From NCBI GenBank assembly GCA_964016885.1, contig OZ024740.1, forward strand, positions 59,272,001 to 59,336,000: 64,000 nt of DNA, in the 5' to 3' direction. Both the position numbers and the translations under genes were made by a program. Below, piece after piece: positions 48,796 through 62,060 of the stretch; positions within the stretch are counted from its first letter, which is position 1, and every line of letters begins with the position of its first letter. Origin of the DNA: Eledone cirrhosa. Its lineage: Eukaryota. A model generated the notes under the pieces. That model was given only the letters and a program-made list of their open reading frames with translations, ran no database searches and had not been told where the DNA came from.

Positions 48796-50303
48796 TGCTG
48801 TTCGGTTAGACATTTCTATTATATTCGAAATGGCAGTTCTTGTACAAGATGTCATAATAGGTAAAGTATTATTATAAACATGTTCCAAATAATTGAAACA
48901 AGTCTTGAAGGCTCAAACCAAATAGTAATTGAATGTAACACAAACACTGAAGTGCTGCACTCTAGTTCACAGGTTCAAATTCAACTATAAAAATTACAGT
49001 GTGGCAACAAGTGAATAAGGGAGCCACTATTCAAATCCTAGTAATTGCAGTCAAATATGCCTTACATCACATCCTACTATTTTAAATAAGGAAAAGACAC
49101 ATTAGATAATATTGTACTGGAATGTCTTTTATAATAGGCCTTGAGTAAACAGTGTGAACTTTTAAATTTTAATTTAGAGCATTTAAGAAAACAGGGAGCT
49201 AAGATCAGCCTATGATGAAATGGTTTGTATTTTAAAAGGTTTTCAATCTACAAAATTCTGCTTCGAAATAAAATGATAGATTTCAAGCCGAAATATAATT
49301 GTTTAAGTTAACTCTTTCATTACCTTATTTCTAATAAAAGACACTGTCTATGATGTTCAAATAATTTTGAAATTAATCAAGAACTTGGAGGAGTTTAGTA
49401 AAATAACTAATCTTTTTCTTTATTAAGCTGGTGTTTTGAACATAATGAATATTCTTCCAGAGAATTACAATGGAAGGTTTTTAGATAAATATAAACACTT
49501 TAAAATAGAACTTGTGGTTTGGTATCAAAAAGGTTGAAGATGATTGTTAGGAAATATTTTAAAATGAGACATTTTAGTGAGTCACAAGAAGGAAAAATAT
49601 CAAATGATTTGTGCTGAAAACCTTCATTACGTTTTACTAAAATTCACAGTACTGTTTGGTCTATGATTATACTGCATGTTCCTTATATGCTTCTCTGATA
49701 AGGCCTAGTAAGACCAAAACATGCCTGAGGTTGTCACTCCACTGACCAAAGATCAACTAACACCTCACAGCATGCAGCCCCACCAACATCATTTTAAAAT
49801 TTTTTTATTGATTTGGATTTCAAGGTTGTCTTCCTTGACTTTCTCAACAATTCTTTCATTACAGGTGTAATTTTAATTGATTCAAAATTATTATTAGTAC
49901 ACTACATTAGGTATTTGTTGAGAGTAGCATGGTAGTGAAAGCATATTCAATCCTGTTTTGGTATGATGGTATGTCTTCAATTGTCATTAAAAAGAAAATG
50001 GTTATCTCTACTAAACAAATGAAATGATTTGATGCTAGCTTACTTGCTTTCTTTCCAGAGTAATCTTCCCACCACACCTCCATCTGTTCAATTAATTTCT
50101 ATTTCTCTTCTATTCAGGCAGTTCAATTGTATATCAAATAAAATGACCTCAATTAGAATTATATAAACTGTTCAGTAATTCAATATAAAAGTATAATTCT
50201 ATCAGTATTCTTTAGTTCTGTTTGAAAATAATCTTTTATGGATGCAGGTGTATTCAGATTGGAGAGTAGTGAAATAGATTTCACAATTATTATTATTATT
50301 ATT

Positions 50304-51060
50304 GTTCTTTGAGTCTCAGTCATTGATGTTATTTAACTGGAAAGTTTGTTGAAATGAATATCAAGCCACTACCTGCAGCCTCAGATATTCAGGACGTATC
50401 AGAGGGTTCTTGCTGTTCCCAGCAAGCATGCCTTTTGAAGTGTTCCAAAAAGCAGGGCTGGACTAACTTTCTTTAACCATCCTTGGAAACTCTTTGAGAT
50501 AGTACCTAGTGTGCCTATGACAATCGGGACCACTTTGACTTCATGGCAGTTCCAAATCCTTTTTATCTCCCACTTTACGTCCTGGTATCGGTTAATTTTC
50601 TTCTTCACCTTCTCTTGCAATCTCGTGTCGAATGGACAGGCTACATCTAGAATCAGGCACAATCTTTTTTCCTTGTCCAAAACCACCAGGTCAGGCCAGT
50701 TCCAGTTTCTTATCCGTCTGTATCCTAAAATCCCATAGCACTTTCACCTGATCGTTTTCCATCACCGACTCTGGCTTATGCTCATACCACTTCTCAGAAT
50801 GTGGTAAATTGTTTACTTTGCATAGGTGCCAGTGGATCACCCTGCCCATCACATCATGTCTCCAGCCTTTATAGTGAGTCTGGGCTAGGTGTTTACACTT
50901 GGATACAATGTGAGCCACAGTCTCCTCTCTCTCTCCACAGATCCTACACAGTGGGCTAGCCTCCTACTTGTAATTATGGTGTTTCACCCACCTCGTTTTG
51001 AGTTACTGCTCTTGCGTAACCATTAGCATTCCTTCTGTAGCCTTTTTAATGTCTCCTCTT
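50304..51060 (-). mobile_element. R4/Dong-clade family A 3' fragment
   Basis: Near-identical to 38000-38760; flanked by (TAA)n. Confidence 0.88.
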
Positions 51061-51140
51061 TTATTATTATTATTATTATTGTATTGTCCACTACATGTCG
51101 GCCCTTGTAGCTAATAAATGAAATCATTATTATTATTATA

Positions 51141-51327
51141 AGGGTGGTGGATTGGCAGTATCGGTAGAGGGTCGGACGCCATGCTTTCCAGCATAGTTAC
51201 GTCCCTTTATGATCTGAGTTCAAATCCCGCCGAGGTTGACTTTGCCTTTCATCCTTACGGGGTCGATAAAATAAAGTACCAGTAATGCACTGGGTAATTT
51301 GCTGGCCTTGTGCCTAAAGTAGAAACA

Positions 51328-51329
<2 letters not shown>
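51141..51329 (+). mobile_element. OR-like SINE within (TTA)n
   Basis: A/B boxes, core and tail. Confidence 0.85.
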
Positions 51330-51357
<28 letters not shown>

Positions 51358-51359
<2 letters not shown>

Positions 51360-53128
51360 AGTTGCATTTATCTTGCTTTATGTTCATACGAGTTATCACC
51401 AAGTCACAACCAGTGACCTCAAGAGACAAGAAGGTCCGCCATGTTCAAAAAAGAACATACATACTCACACATGCATCTTTAGTGTTTAGACTTGTGATGT
51501 ACTTATATTGACAGAATCTTCCTTAGTATATGGGCAGTTCCCATTAGTACTATCTTTTGTATTTCTCCTATACGCGGGTTTCCTGGGATTTGCGATAAGT
51601 AATCATGAGACCCCTTAGGTATCATTCCCAGAGCGCCTACAACCACTGGTATTGTTTTAGTTCTCAATTTCCACATTTTTCCAATTTCTATCTCCAGGTC
51701 CTTATACTTGCTCAATTTTTCAAATGTTTTTATAGATACATTCTTGTCTATTGGAACAGACATATCAATTAGCAGGCATACCCTCTTTTTGAAGTCCTTC
51801 AATATTATATCAGGTCTATTTGAATCTATTTTTCGGTCTGTTTGGATGCTAAAGTTCCACAAGATTGAGATGTGATCTTTTTCAAGTATGGGAGGTGGTT
51901 GATGCTCCTAACAATTCTTTTGATGGGACAGGTCAAAATGCTTACACATTATCCAATGTATGTATTGTGCAGCTCTGTCATGCCTGTTTAGGTATTCGGT
52001 TGGAGCTATAGGACTGCACATTGAAATTATATGGTTGTTTTTTGCATACACGGCATAATGGGCTGCATCCATTTTTTATTATGTTGGCTTGGTAATTTTT
52101 TGTTGGCAGACACTGATCTTGTGCTGATATAATCAGTCCTTCAGTCTCCGATTTCAGTCCAGAGGATGCCAACCACTGATGGGTTAAAGTTTTGTCAACA
52201 TCAGGATTGTTAGCTCGCTCTGGGTATTTTCCATACAGAGGCTTTTCTTGCCATTTCTTAGCCAGTTTCTGTAGCAGTTCTTTCTTTGCAGTTACTTTTA
52301 CCTGCTTTGCTTTTTCTGTGTTTTCCATTTCAGCAGTAAATGGGACTTCTGAAATTTGTAGTCCATTACTGTATCTTTGTGCATCTTTTGTAATGGAATA
52401 TGATCTTTTGATGCTTTCGTGTTTCAAAACGAGTTTGATCATCCAATCATGTGATTCCCTTAGATATGTAGATAATCCAATTGTTGCAGTTTTCAACGCA
52501 ATGTCTAACTGGATTAACCCACGTCCTCCTTCTTTCCTAGGGAGATATATTCTATCTATATCTGCCTTAGGGTGATGCATTCTGTGCATGGTTAAAAGTT
52601 TTTGAATTTTTGTATCGAGCCTACGGATCTCTGTGCTTGACCAGTTGATGACATTGTAACTGTAGGTTACTACTGGTATGGCAAGCGTGTTTATGGCATC
52701 GATCCTATTCCTTGCATTCAATTCCGTTCTTAAGATTGCTCTTACTCTGCGGTAACATTCCTTCCTTATCCTTTCCCTCATTGTCGAGTGCTTGATTCCA
52801 TCTCCTTCACAAACACCTAGATATTTGTAAGTTTTTTCTTGATCAAGTTCTCTTATCACGTTCCCCCGATCAAGATTAATGTCTGAACTCTTCAGCAGCT
52901 TTCCTCTGGTGAACGTTGCTTTGGCGCATTTGTCTAGTCCAAACTCCATTTTAATGTCATCACTGAACTGCTCCACAGTGGATAATAGCCCTTGCAATTG
53001 TTCATCATTTTTTGCAAATAGTTTCAGGTCATCCATGTAGAACAAGTGATTAATGGTTTTGTCATAGACTTTATATCCATGTTTTGTTTCATTGAGCATT
53101 TTAATTAATGGTATAAGTGCGATGCAGA
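51358..53128 (-). mobile_element. R4/Dong-clade family B, 5'-truncated
   Basis: INHLFYMDDLKLF, YKYLGV, GGRGL, CRVC, NRPDIIL..LIDMSVP...KLSKYKDL; protein distinct from family A; (TAA)n both sides. Confidence 0.88.
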
Positions 53129-53163
53129 ATAAATTATTATTATTATTATTATTACTGTTGTTA

Positions 53164-55877
53164 TTCCTTGAATCTCAGTCATTGATGTTGGTTAACTGGA
53201 AAGTCCGTTGGAATGAATATCAAGCCACTACCTGCAGCCTCAGATATTCAGGATGTATCGGAGGGTTCTTGCTGTTCCAAGCAAGCATGCCTTTTGAAGC
53301 GTTCCAAAAAGCGTGAAGGGGCCGATTTTCTTTAACCATCCCTGGAAACTTTTGGAGATCGTCCCCAGTGCGCCTATGACAATCGGGATCACTTTGACTT
53401 CATGGCAGTTCCAAATCCTTTTCACCTCCCACTTTAGGTCCTGGTATCGGTTAATTTTCTCCCTCTCCTTCTCTTGCACTCTCGTGTCGAAAGGGCAGGC
53501 CACATCCACAATCAGACACAATCTTTTTTCTTTGTCCACAACCACCAGGTCAGGTCTATTGTGTTCCAGTTTCTTGTCCGTCTGTATCCTAAAATCCCAC
53601 AGCACCTTCACCTGATTGTTCTCCATCACCGCCTCTGGCCTATGCTCATACCATTTCTCAGAATGTGGTAAATTGTTTACTTTGCACAGGTGCCAGTGGA
53701 TCACCCTGCCCATCACATCGTGTCTCCAGCCCTTATAGTGGGTCTGGGCTAGGTGTTTACACTCGGACACAATGTGAGCCACAGTCTCCTCTCTCTCTCC
53801 ACAGATCCTGCACAGTGGGCTAGCCTCCTCCTTGTAAATATGGTGCTTCAACCACTTCGTTTTGAGGGCCTGCTCCTGCGCAGCCATTAGCATTCCTTCT
53901 GTAGCCTTTTTGAGGTCTCCTCTTCTCAACCAGTTCCATGTCTGTGGATCTCTAAATTCAGTTTTCTCAAAGAAGGTACTATGAAGGGATTTTCCCTTAA
54001 GGCTGCTCTTCCTCCTTGATGTTATTTCCTCCTTGGACATCCCCTGGCCTACTGTCCCCTCCTTCAGTACAGTTCTGAGCATTGGCTCCTTACTATAGGT
54101 CACGTATTTGTATAGGTTGTTTTTCTCCATCTGAACACAGTCCTCTATGCTGATAATACCTCTTCCACCCTCAGATCTCCTTAGGATAAAGTCTATCGAC
54201 ATCACTCCTCTTGTGGAACATGTTGTAGATAGTCAATAGCTTCCTAGTCTTCCTATCCATTTCTTTTTGTTCAGCAACATTCCATCTCAGAATTCCCGCA
54301 CTGTACCTAATAATAGACACAGCTCGGGAATTTACTGCGCTTATGGCATTTCTGCTGTTCAGATGTGACTTCAATACGCTCCTTACTCTCCGAATGTATT
54401 CAGTTCTTAACAATTCCTTCATTTTTTTGTTCTTTATGCCATCAGCCTCCAGAACGCCCAAATACTTGTATCCTTCCTCAGAGTCAATTTCCTTTATCAT
54501 CTCACCTGTTGGTATCTGGATCCCGTTACTTCTGCTCAACCTACCCCTCCTCATCACAATGACTCCACATTTACTAATACCAAACTGCATACATATATCA
54601 CTGCTGAAAATACGGACAGTGTCAACAAGCACATCCAACTCCTTCTCACTTTTCCCGAAGAACTTAAGATCGTCCATGAAGAGGGGGTGATTGATGGTAA
54701 GCTCTCCCTTTCCCAACTTGTATCCTGCTCTCACTTTTCGCAGCATAATGGTCAAGGGCATCAGGGCAAGGACAAACAACAGAGGGGACAGGCTATCTCC
54801 CTGGAAGATACCTCTCTTGATCTTCACGCTTCCCAAGGATACTCCAGTTGATGTCAACTCTGTCTCCCAGGACCCCATACTCCTGCCCAGCAACTGTCTG
54901 ATGTTATCTGCCACCCTGAAGATCTCCAGGCTTTTGGTGATCCAAGAATGAGGCACCATGTCAAATGCCTTTCTGTAGTCTATCCATCCCATGGCAAGAT
55001 CAGTGTGTCTCCTCCTGCAATTCCCCATTACCATCTTATCAATAAGTAACTGGTCCTTTGTACCACGTGACTTCTTTCGGCATCCTTTCTGTTCGTCCGG
55101 TAACAAGTTGTTTGTGTGGAGGTGATGGTAGATTTCCTCAGACACAATGCTCGTCAACAGTTTCCACATTACGGACAGACATGTGATAGGTCTATAGTTG
55201 GTAACATCATTACCCTTGATTCGGTCTTTCATTATCAGAACTGTGGTACCTTTTGTCAACCACTCTGGCACCTCACCCGACACCAAGCAGTCATTGAACA
55301 TGGCCGTCAGCTTCGGGTGGAGGGATGTTAAATTTTTAATCCAATACCCCTGCACACCATCTGGGCCTGGTGATTTCCAGTTGGTTAGTTTTTTGGCCTG
55401 CCCTTTAAGAGTTTCAACTGTGATACTCAAATCAGTTTGTTGGTGTGCCTGCTCACCGATCTCCCTCTGTACTGTCTCAATCCACCCTGCCTGGACATTA
55501 TGTCTAACATCCTGCTCCCATATTCCTCTCCAGAATGTTTTAGTTTGCTCCGCCCCAGGGATCAAGTCGTTGCCTCTTTCTTTCCCCTCAAGCTGTCCAA
55601 ACAGCATCTTCTGGTTGTTGTCGAACATGCGGTTCTGTTTATACTGACTGACTCTGTTCTCGTATCGCCTGATTTTTGCACTCTTTGCTACAATGCGTTG
55701 CTTCAGTTCCTCTATGATAATATTTAGCTTTTTCCTCCTAGTTTTGTACTTTATTTCCAGTCTATTTTTAGTGCCTATGTTTTTTAGTGTCCCATTCAGT
55801 AGTGACTCAAGATTTCCTATGTCATTTCTCATTTCCCCGATTTGACCACTCAGTCGTTTCTTCCACCACGGCTCTGC
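53164..55877 (-). mobile_element. R4/Dong-clade family A, 2.7 kb, RT plus zinc finger plus RLE, one frameshift near 54190
   Basis: ORFs 54171..55832 (KSPGPDG, NYRPITCL, IDYRKAFD, IFQGDSLSP, FMDD) and 53240..54205. Confidence 0.93.
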
Positions 55878-55878
55878 T

Positions 55879-56067
55879 CTTCTTCTTCTTCTTCTTCTTC
55901 TTCTTCTTCTTCTTCTTCTTCTTCTTCTTCTTCTTCTTCTTCTTCTTCTTCTTCTTCTTCTTCTTCTTCTTCTTCTTCTTCTTCTTCTTCTTCTTCTTCT
56001 TCTTCTTCTTCTTCTTCTTCTTCTTCTTCTTCTTCTTCTTCTTCTTCTTCTTCTTCTTCTTCTTCTT

Positions 56068-56097
<30 letters not shown>
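55879..56097. repeat. (CTT)n, about 73 perfect units
   Basis: Directly visible. Confidence 0.97.
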
Positions 56098-56098
<1 letters not shown>

Positions 56099-56106
56099 TT
56101 ATTATT

Positions 56107-59100
56107 GGCGACCTACGTAGTAAATCGTATTATCGTGAGCTCCGCAAAGGTTTGTTATTTTCAGTTGTTTAAAATTGCCATTTATGGAAAATTTTTATTG
56201 TTAACTTTATATAAGTGCACATACATTGTTATCTGAAAAGGACACTCAAAAAGATTGGGGCCTTGAGCCCAAAATTTAAACTTTTATAATTATCAAACAA
56301 AAAATTTTTCTTTGAAAAAATCATGGACGACTCAGAGTCACACCTTCCTCACAAACTAACACCTCACACCGACACCACCATTGTAAGTATTACTACGTTT
56401 GCCAACACTAAAAATATAAGCAGTAGCAATATTTTAAATTTGTCTCAGACAGACATCATTTCCCGCCATTACCAATGACTGCAGCTGTTGAAGCCGCCAC
56501 CCCCACCACCACCACAGCAACAACAGAAACAAAAGAAAAATATAAATTATCTCGTGATATCGAAACAAATTCAGACACTAGGGGACGAAAGCCGTTCAAT
56601 GGGCCCGAGTGGCGTAGGCGCGTCATGGCAACAAAGCCACGATCCAGTCTTTGGTGGACCACGACGGGCGCATGCTACTCGATCCCAGGCAAATGTGTGA
56701 AGCTTTTCAGCGACACTTCGCACAGCTGTTCGGGGGCAGCGGGGGGCCGGGTAGAGGGATGGACTTTAGTGTCTACCTCGACGGACTGCCGCGGCTCTCG
56801 GCCACTGAGGCGGAGTGTTGCGAAAAGCCGATAACAGCTGCTGAAGTACGGGAGGCAATGACTGGCTGCACAAGGGGTAAATCGCCTGGTTTGGATGGTC
56901 TGCCCTATGAACTTTACGTACAGATGCCAGACTTGTTCGGAGGCCTCTTGGTGGACGTCTACTGCAACTGGCAACAGAACGGGAGAATTCCCAGTTCTGT
57001 GAGCCGAGGAGCTGTGGCACTGCTGAGAAAGGATCCGAAGAAGGGGGATAACAGATAATTTTAGGCCCATAACTCTGCTAAACACAGAGTTCAAGATTTT
57101 GGCCAAGGTGCTAGCAAAGAGGTTGGCGCTTGTTGTTGGTGGTCTGGTAGGAGAGGCGCAGACATGCGCCATTCCCAACAGATCCATCCATGACAACCCC
57201 CACCTCATGCGATACATCGTAGAGAGGGTAGCTAGGGAACCTGGCACGGGTGGGTCCTTGATCAATTTAGATCAGTCGAAAGCTTTCGGTAGGGTCGACC
57301 ATCGTTACCTAGCGGCAGTCCTGAGGGCGGCTGGCTTTGGGCCCGTCTTCAGAGGCTGGATCGCTGCCATGCACAGCGACATCTGCTCTATGGTGAGAGT
57401 GAACGGTCACCTTTCGGAACTGTTCAACATCATGCGCTCGGTCCGCAAAGGATGTCCCCTCTCGTCCCTCTTGTACATATTGACTCTCGAGCCATTACTG
57501 CACAAACTGGTGACGTTGAGGGGGCTCCCACGTGAACTAGGATGCGGAAGATCCGTGTCAGCATATGCGGACGATGTCACCGTAGTGGTGTCGAACACCA
57601 AATACATCGAGGCAATCGGCACTACACTAAGAGAATACAAAGCGGTGACAGAAGCAATGATCAACCAGGAAAAGTCAGTGGGCCTGCAGCTCGGCACCTG
57701 GAGAGGCAGGTCCATGCCATCCAACAGCGTCGTCGGGCGCAGGACGGACGGACCGGTTAAATTGCTAGGGGTCTGGTTCGGTCCGGACCTCCAGACGGAC
57801 AAAAATGGGATGAGGTGACTAGCAAGGTGACTTCTCTCACCCAGAAATGGGCGGAGAGGAAGCTATCCCTGAAAGGTCGAGCGGAGGTGGCTAACGTGTA
57901 CATCGCATCCATCATCTACTACTGCCTGACCGTCGTACCTTGTCCTAAGCCCCGCCTGACTGCGCTGGAGTGTTTGCTCTTTCACTGTTTGTGGAAGGGA
58001 CGCGCTCCAATGGTCAGGCGGTCCATCTGCTGTCAACACCCGCTACGTGGAGGGCTGGGAATGCCGTGGCTGATGATGCTGAGACACGCACTCAGGCTAC
58101 GACATCTCCACCTCTTCCTCGACGGTGTGGTCACCGTTTGCTAGATGCGTCTTTCCCCAGCTTGTCTCCTTGACGGAGCTGCAGTCCTGGGTCAAGTGAA
58201 GACCGAGAGGGAGCGTTTGGAGACTGGAATGTCTTCAGGCGCTCACAGCCCTCGACCAATCGGGCAATGTGATCGGTGGAAACTCCACCTTGGCGTTCTA
58301 TAGAGGATTAGTGGAGGGGAAAAGCGACGACGTACTTGGGGAAACTCTAGGCGTCCGCGAAAATCAACTAGCCAATCTCTTCGGAAGAACTTTCGGGCCG
58401 GGGCCTATGGACAATTTCCAGCAATCCCTGGCCTGGCAGTGCTACCAAGGAGCTTTGCCAGTTCATGATAAACTCTACAGGCATGGAGGTGCCGTTAGCT
58501 GGGCAGGTCCGAGATGCGCGCAGGGTGACGAAACCGTCCTGCACACACTCGTCCAGTGTCTGAGCATTGCTGATTTGTGGGTTTATGTCGAACACCTGCG
58601 GTCGCGTGTAGGACGGATCCAGCTATCAGCTGAGTCCATCGTGAGGATTGCCTCGCCCTCTTCCTTTAGCCGGGAAGGGCAGGCAGTTTTTATCTGTCTG
58701 GTGGCCATGGCGAAAGAGATAGTATGGTGGACACGTTTGAAAGGGCTGAAGACGAGCACTTACCTCTTCGGTAATGCCCTGATTAACTTTTTCAAATTTC
58801 ATTTGAAAAGGAAAATCAGGGTAGAGAGGGAAGTGCTCTCTTCCCAGCATTTTGTTGAAAGATGGGTGAGAGGGGCAAGAATGGCCCGAGTGAATGGGCC
58901 TACTCTGTAAATTAAAGGTGGAAAACTGGGAGAGGGCACTTGCCCTGGTGGTCAGGGTCACTGTGGCTTTTTAATGGGCTTTCTCCACGAATGTCCCTCG
59001 GAAGTCTCCCCCTATTGGGGAATTTTGTCATTGTTCTATTATTACATCCACCGCTTTTTGTTTTTTTACACACAGAAATGCCTTTTTGTACCGTCCTTTA

Positions 59101-59159
59101 TTGTCCTGTACTGTCCTTAATGTCTACTTTGTGTAAACCCTTATGGTTAATAAAGAAAG

Positions 59160-59160
<1 letters not shown>
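56107..59160 (+). mobile_element. Tx1-clade copy 2 with intact ends and about 2.75-kb internal deletion
   Basis: 5' UTR and ORF1 start joined near 56572 to ORF2 linker; RT remnants; 3' AATAAAGAAAGC-(ATT)n. Confidence 0.9.
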
Positions 59161-59206
<46 letters not shown>

Positions 59207-61459
59207 GTATCATCATCATCATCCTCATCATGATCATGATCATCATCATTATGTAGAATTTTCAACCTCTTGAAAGAATTTATCTGAAGAATAGTTAGTG
59301 TAATAAACCTGAAGCATATTATACTGAATATATTAAATATTAATGAATATTTTTCTTCGTTTTATTTATAGTAATATTTCTATTGTGACTACTTGCATGT
59401 ATAATTGGGGACTATTCCCACAGAATTAAATTATGTATCTAAATATATCTTAAAATTGTAACTGTCACTACAACATAAATAGTTCTCAAGAGAAATTAAT
59501 GTTAGTATTCTAGAAGTAAAGATGAGGAGTCAAACATATATATTGTTAGAGTTATCTTTTTTTTATTATGACCTTATCAGAACTTATATTTGTAAAGAGG
59601 TTACTATCTGCTTGAAATCCTAACAAGATTTGTTCACACTGGCTTTTCACTGCTGTTGGAATCATAGTGAAAGCATTCTTTCTTATCCTAAATCTTAGTG
59701 CTAAAGCTTGGAGCAAGATTTTATCATTGAGTATATATATCTGGCAATTTGAGTTTTTAGTTCTATTTGAAATGAATACTTTCTTTAAATCTAAATAACT
59801 GCTTTAGCAACATCTCAGCTTTCAGGCTTCAAATTTGCTTTTAATTTAGGTGGCCACAAAATAGATCCACAAAATTACATACAAAGTTTTGTTGAACCAG
59901 ACACCTAAGCTGTGATGTTTGCTAAATTACTTGATCATAAAACAACTACACATCTTTTGTTTACTTCATAAAATACAAACAACAAGCCCATTGCGAGGCT
60001 TTCATAACCAGAAGGGTGACTTTAGAAGATTCTGGGTTGGTATTCTAATCCGCAATAATTCACCATAAATCTGAAGGTGTACCTGTATGGTATTAAGTGT
60101 GTGTATGTGTGTGTGTTGGACCTCAGTCGGTCCTTAAAATGAGTGTTCCAGTTGTTTGACCCAAGGGAGAGCCTGCTCATGAAATTTACATGCATGTGTT
60201 TAAGCATTTCACAGAAACATGTACCATTAGTGTGGTTCTTAGGGAGATTTAGCATGACACAGTGTGTGACAAGGTTGGCCCTTTGAATTATTGTTAGAAC
60301 TCATTTTTTGCCAGCTGAGTGAACTAGTCTGGTCTCTTCCCATCCTCATTACTGAGGGTTGGGGACCATAGACAATCTGTATGTCCATGATTCTCATTGA
60401 GCAAAAGTGACATCAGTGGGTGCCAAACCACAGCTCATCCACCTTCATCACAAGGATTGCCATTAATGACTAGATATAAGGCTAACAATCTCTGTCTACC
60501 CATATTGGATGGCCATTGGCTCTCATTAGTTCCTCTACCCTTTGATGAGTTTTGTTTTTCATTCATCATGGGGTTCCAAAATCACCCTCCTCACCAAGCA
60601 AGCTAAGTGTGGTTCCCAGTTTAGTCATCAATGAACTGACCATGTGACAGGTTGTATTGGGTTACCTGTCACCAGTAGCGCTCGAGTGCAACCTATAAAT
60701 TGAGTGAACTGGAGAAATGTGAAATAAAGTATCTTCTTCAAGAACACAATGCACTTCCAGAAATTGAACTAACAACCTCATGATCTGAGCTAATTATGCT
60801 ATTACTTAGCCACACACCTTCACACTATTAAGTCTATATCTAGGAATAAGAGACATGATGATGATAATCAGAGACGAAACCAATCAAAAAACATAGTGTA
60901 GATGTGTACACTAAAAAAATGTTCATCTTTAAAGATTATAATTCTATTAACAATGACTCATTTCAGACGTTTAGCCATTTAATCAGATATATTATTAATT
61001 TTTCTATATCAGCTCTTTTTATTTTTCAATAGTCTCTCTTCTCATCATACAAATGGAAATTTATTTGGAAGCAGTCTTATAGAAAGGCTGGATTTATGTT
61101 TGCAGTATTACTTTTAACAAGCAGTATAATATTAATTAAATAAGAATACGCTGGGCTGTATATTTAATTTTTTCAGCTTAATTATACACCATCCATAAAA
61201 CACAAAGAAATAATATGATATATAATTTAATAATATAATATATTACAAGTGGGCATCCAGCTATAGAAAACTCCCCAAACAAAGGGTCAAGGTTCTTCAG
61301 TTGTGTCTAAGTCATGGAGATCACCTAGTGTTGGTGATCTCCATGATAAATGCGCACAGTATACTTTGTGAAGTGGTTGGTAACAGGAAGGATATCCAAC
61401 CATAGAAAACCTTCCAAACAAAGGGTCAGGAGAAGTTTCCTATTGTGTAAAATACACAA

Positions 61460-61995
61460 GTATCCTAGTGCTAAAGCCAGGATAAAATCTTAGAGAGCTA
61501 CTCTTACTGTTGACAACAAAAAGTCTCTCACTACGTACCAAAGGACAATGGTATGATGTCTGTGTGTGAAGTGCAATGCTGTATGGTAGTGTAACATGGG
61601 CAGTGATTGGAGAAGACATGTGTAGACTGGAGAGAAAGGAAGCAGCCATGCTTCATTGGATGTGCAATGTAAATGTGAGTGAAAGGCAGAGCGTAGATAA
61701 ACAGAGGGAAAAGCTGGGTTTAAGAAGAATCTGTGGTGCTGTGTAGGAGAGAAGACTGCATTGGTACAGACATGTGATGTGCATAGATGATAATTGATGG
61801 ATGAAGAAGTGCCAGTGAGGGGAAGTCACATTAGAGGCAGATCACGAAAGACTTGGACAGAGGTGATGAGAGCTGACCTCAAATCACTGAGATTTACAAA
61901 TGAGATCACGAAAAAATGTGGCGAGTGGAGAGATGTGCTGAGAGAAACCTGTCCAACCCATGCAAGCATGAAAAAACTTGTGTAAAAACAATGAT
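61460..61995 (+). mobile_element. Old RTE LINE 3' remnant related to the 28138-31204 family
   Basis: RELLLLLTTK, AMLYGSVTWA, RGRSRKTWTEVMRADL. Confidence 0.7.
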
Positions 61996-62060
61996 AATAT
62001 GTAAGTATATATATATATGTATATATATTAGGATTGGTGCTCTGAAATAGCGATGTATAC

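Noticed and set aside
50044-50083. Minus-strand 40-nt exon candidate (DGGVVGRLLWKES) with GTAAGC donor, phase-compatible with the microexon chain
   Set aside because: Acceptor lacks a polypyrimidine tract; not supportable without transcripts.
59573-59790. Open frame of about 80 codons on the minus strand with AG/GT borders
   Set aside because: Weak donor (GTCATA), no recognisable protein, and length expected by chance in a 64-kb window.
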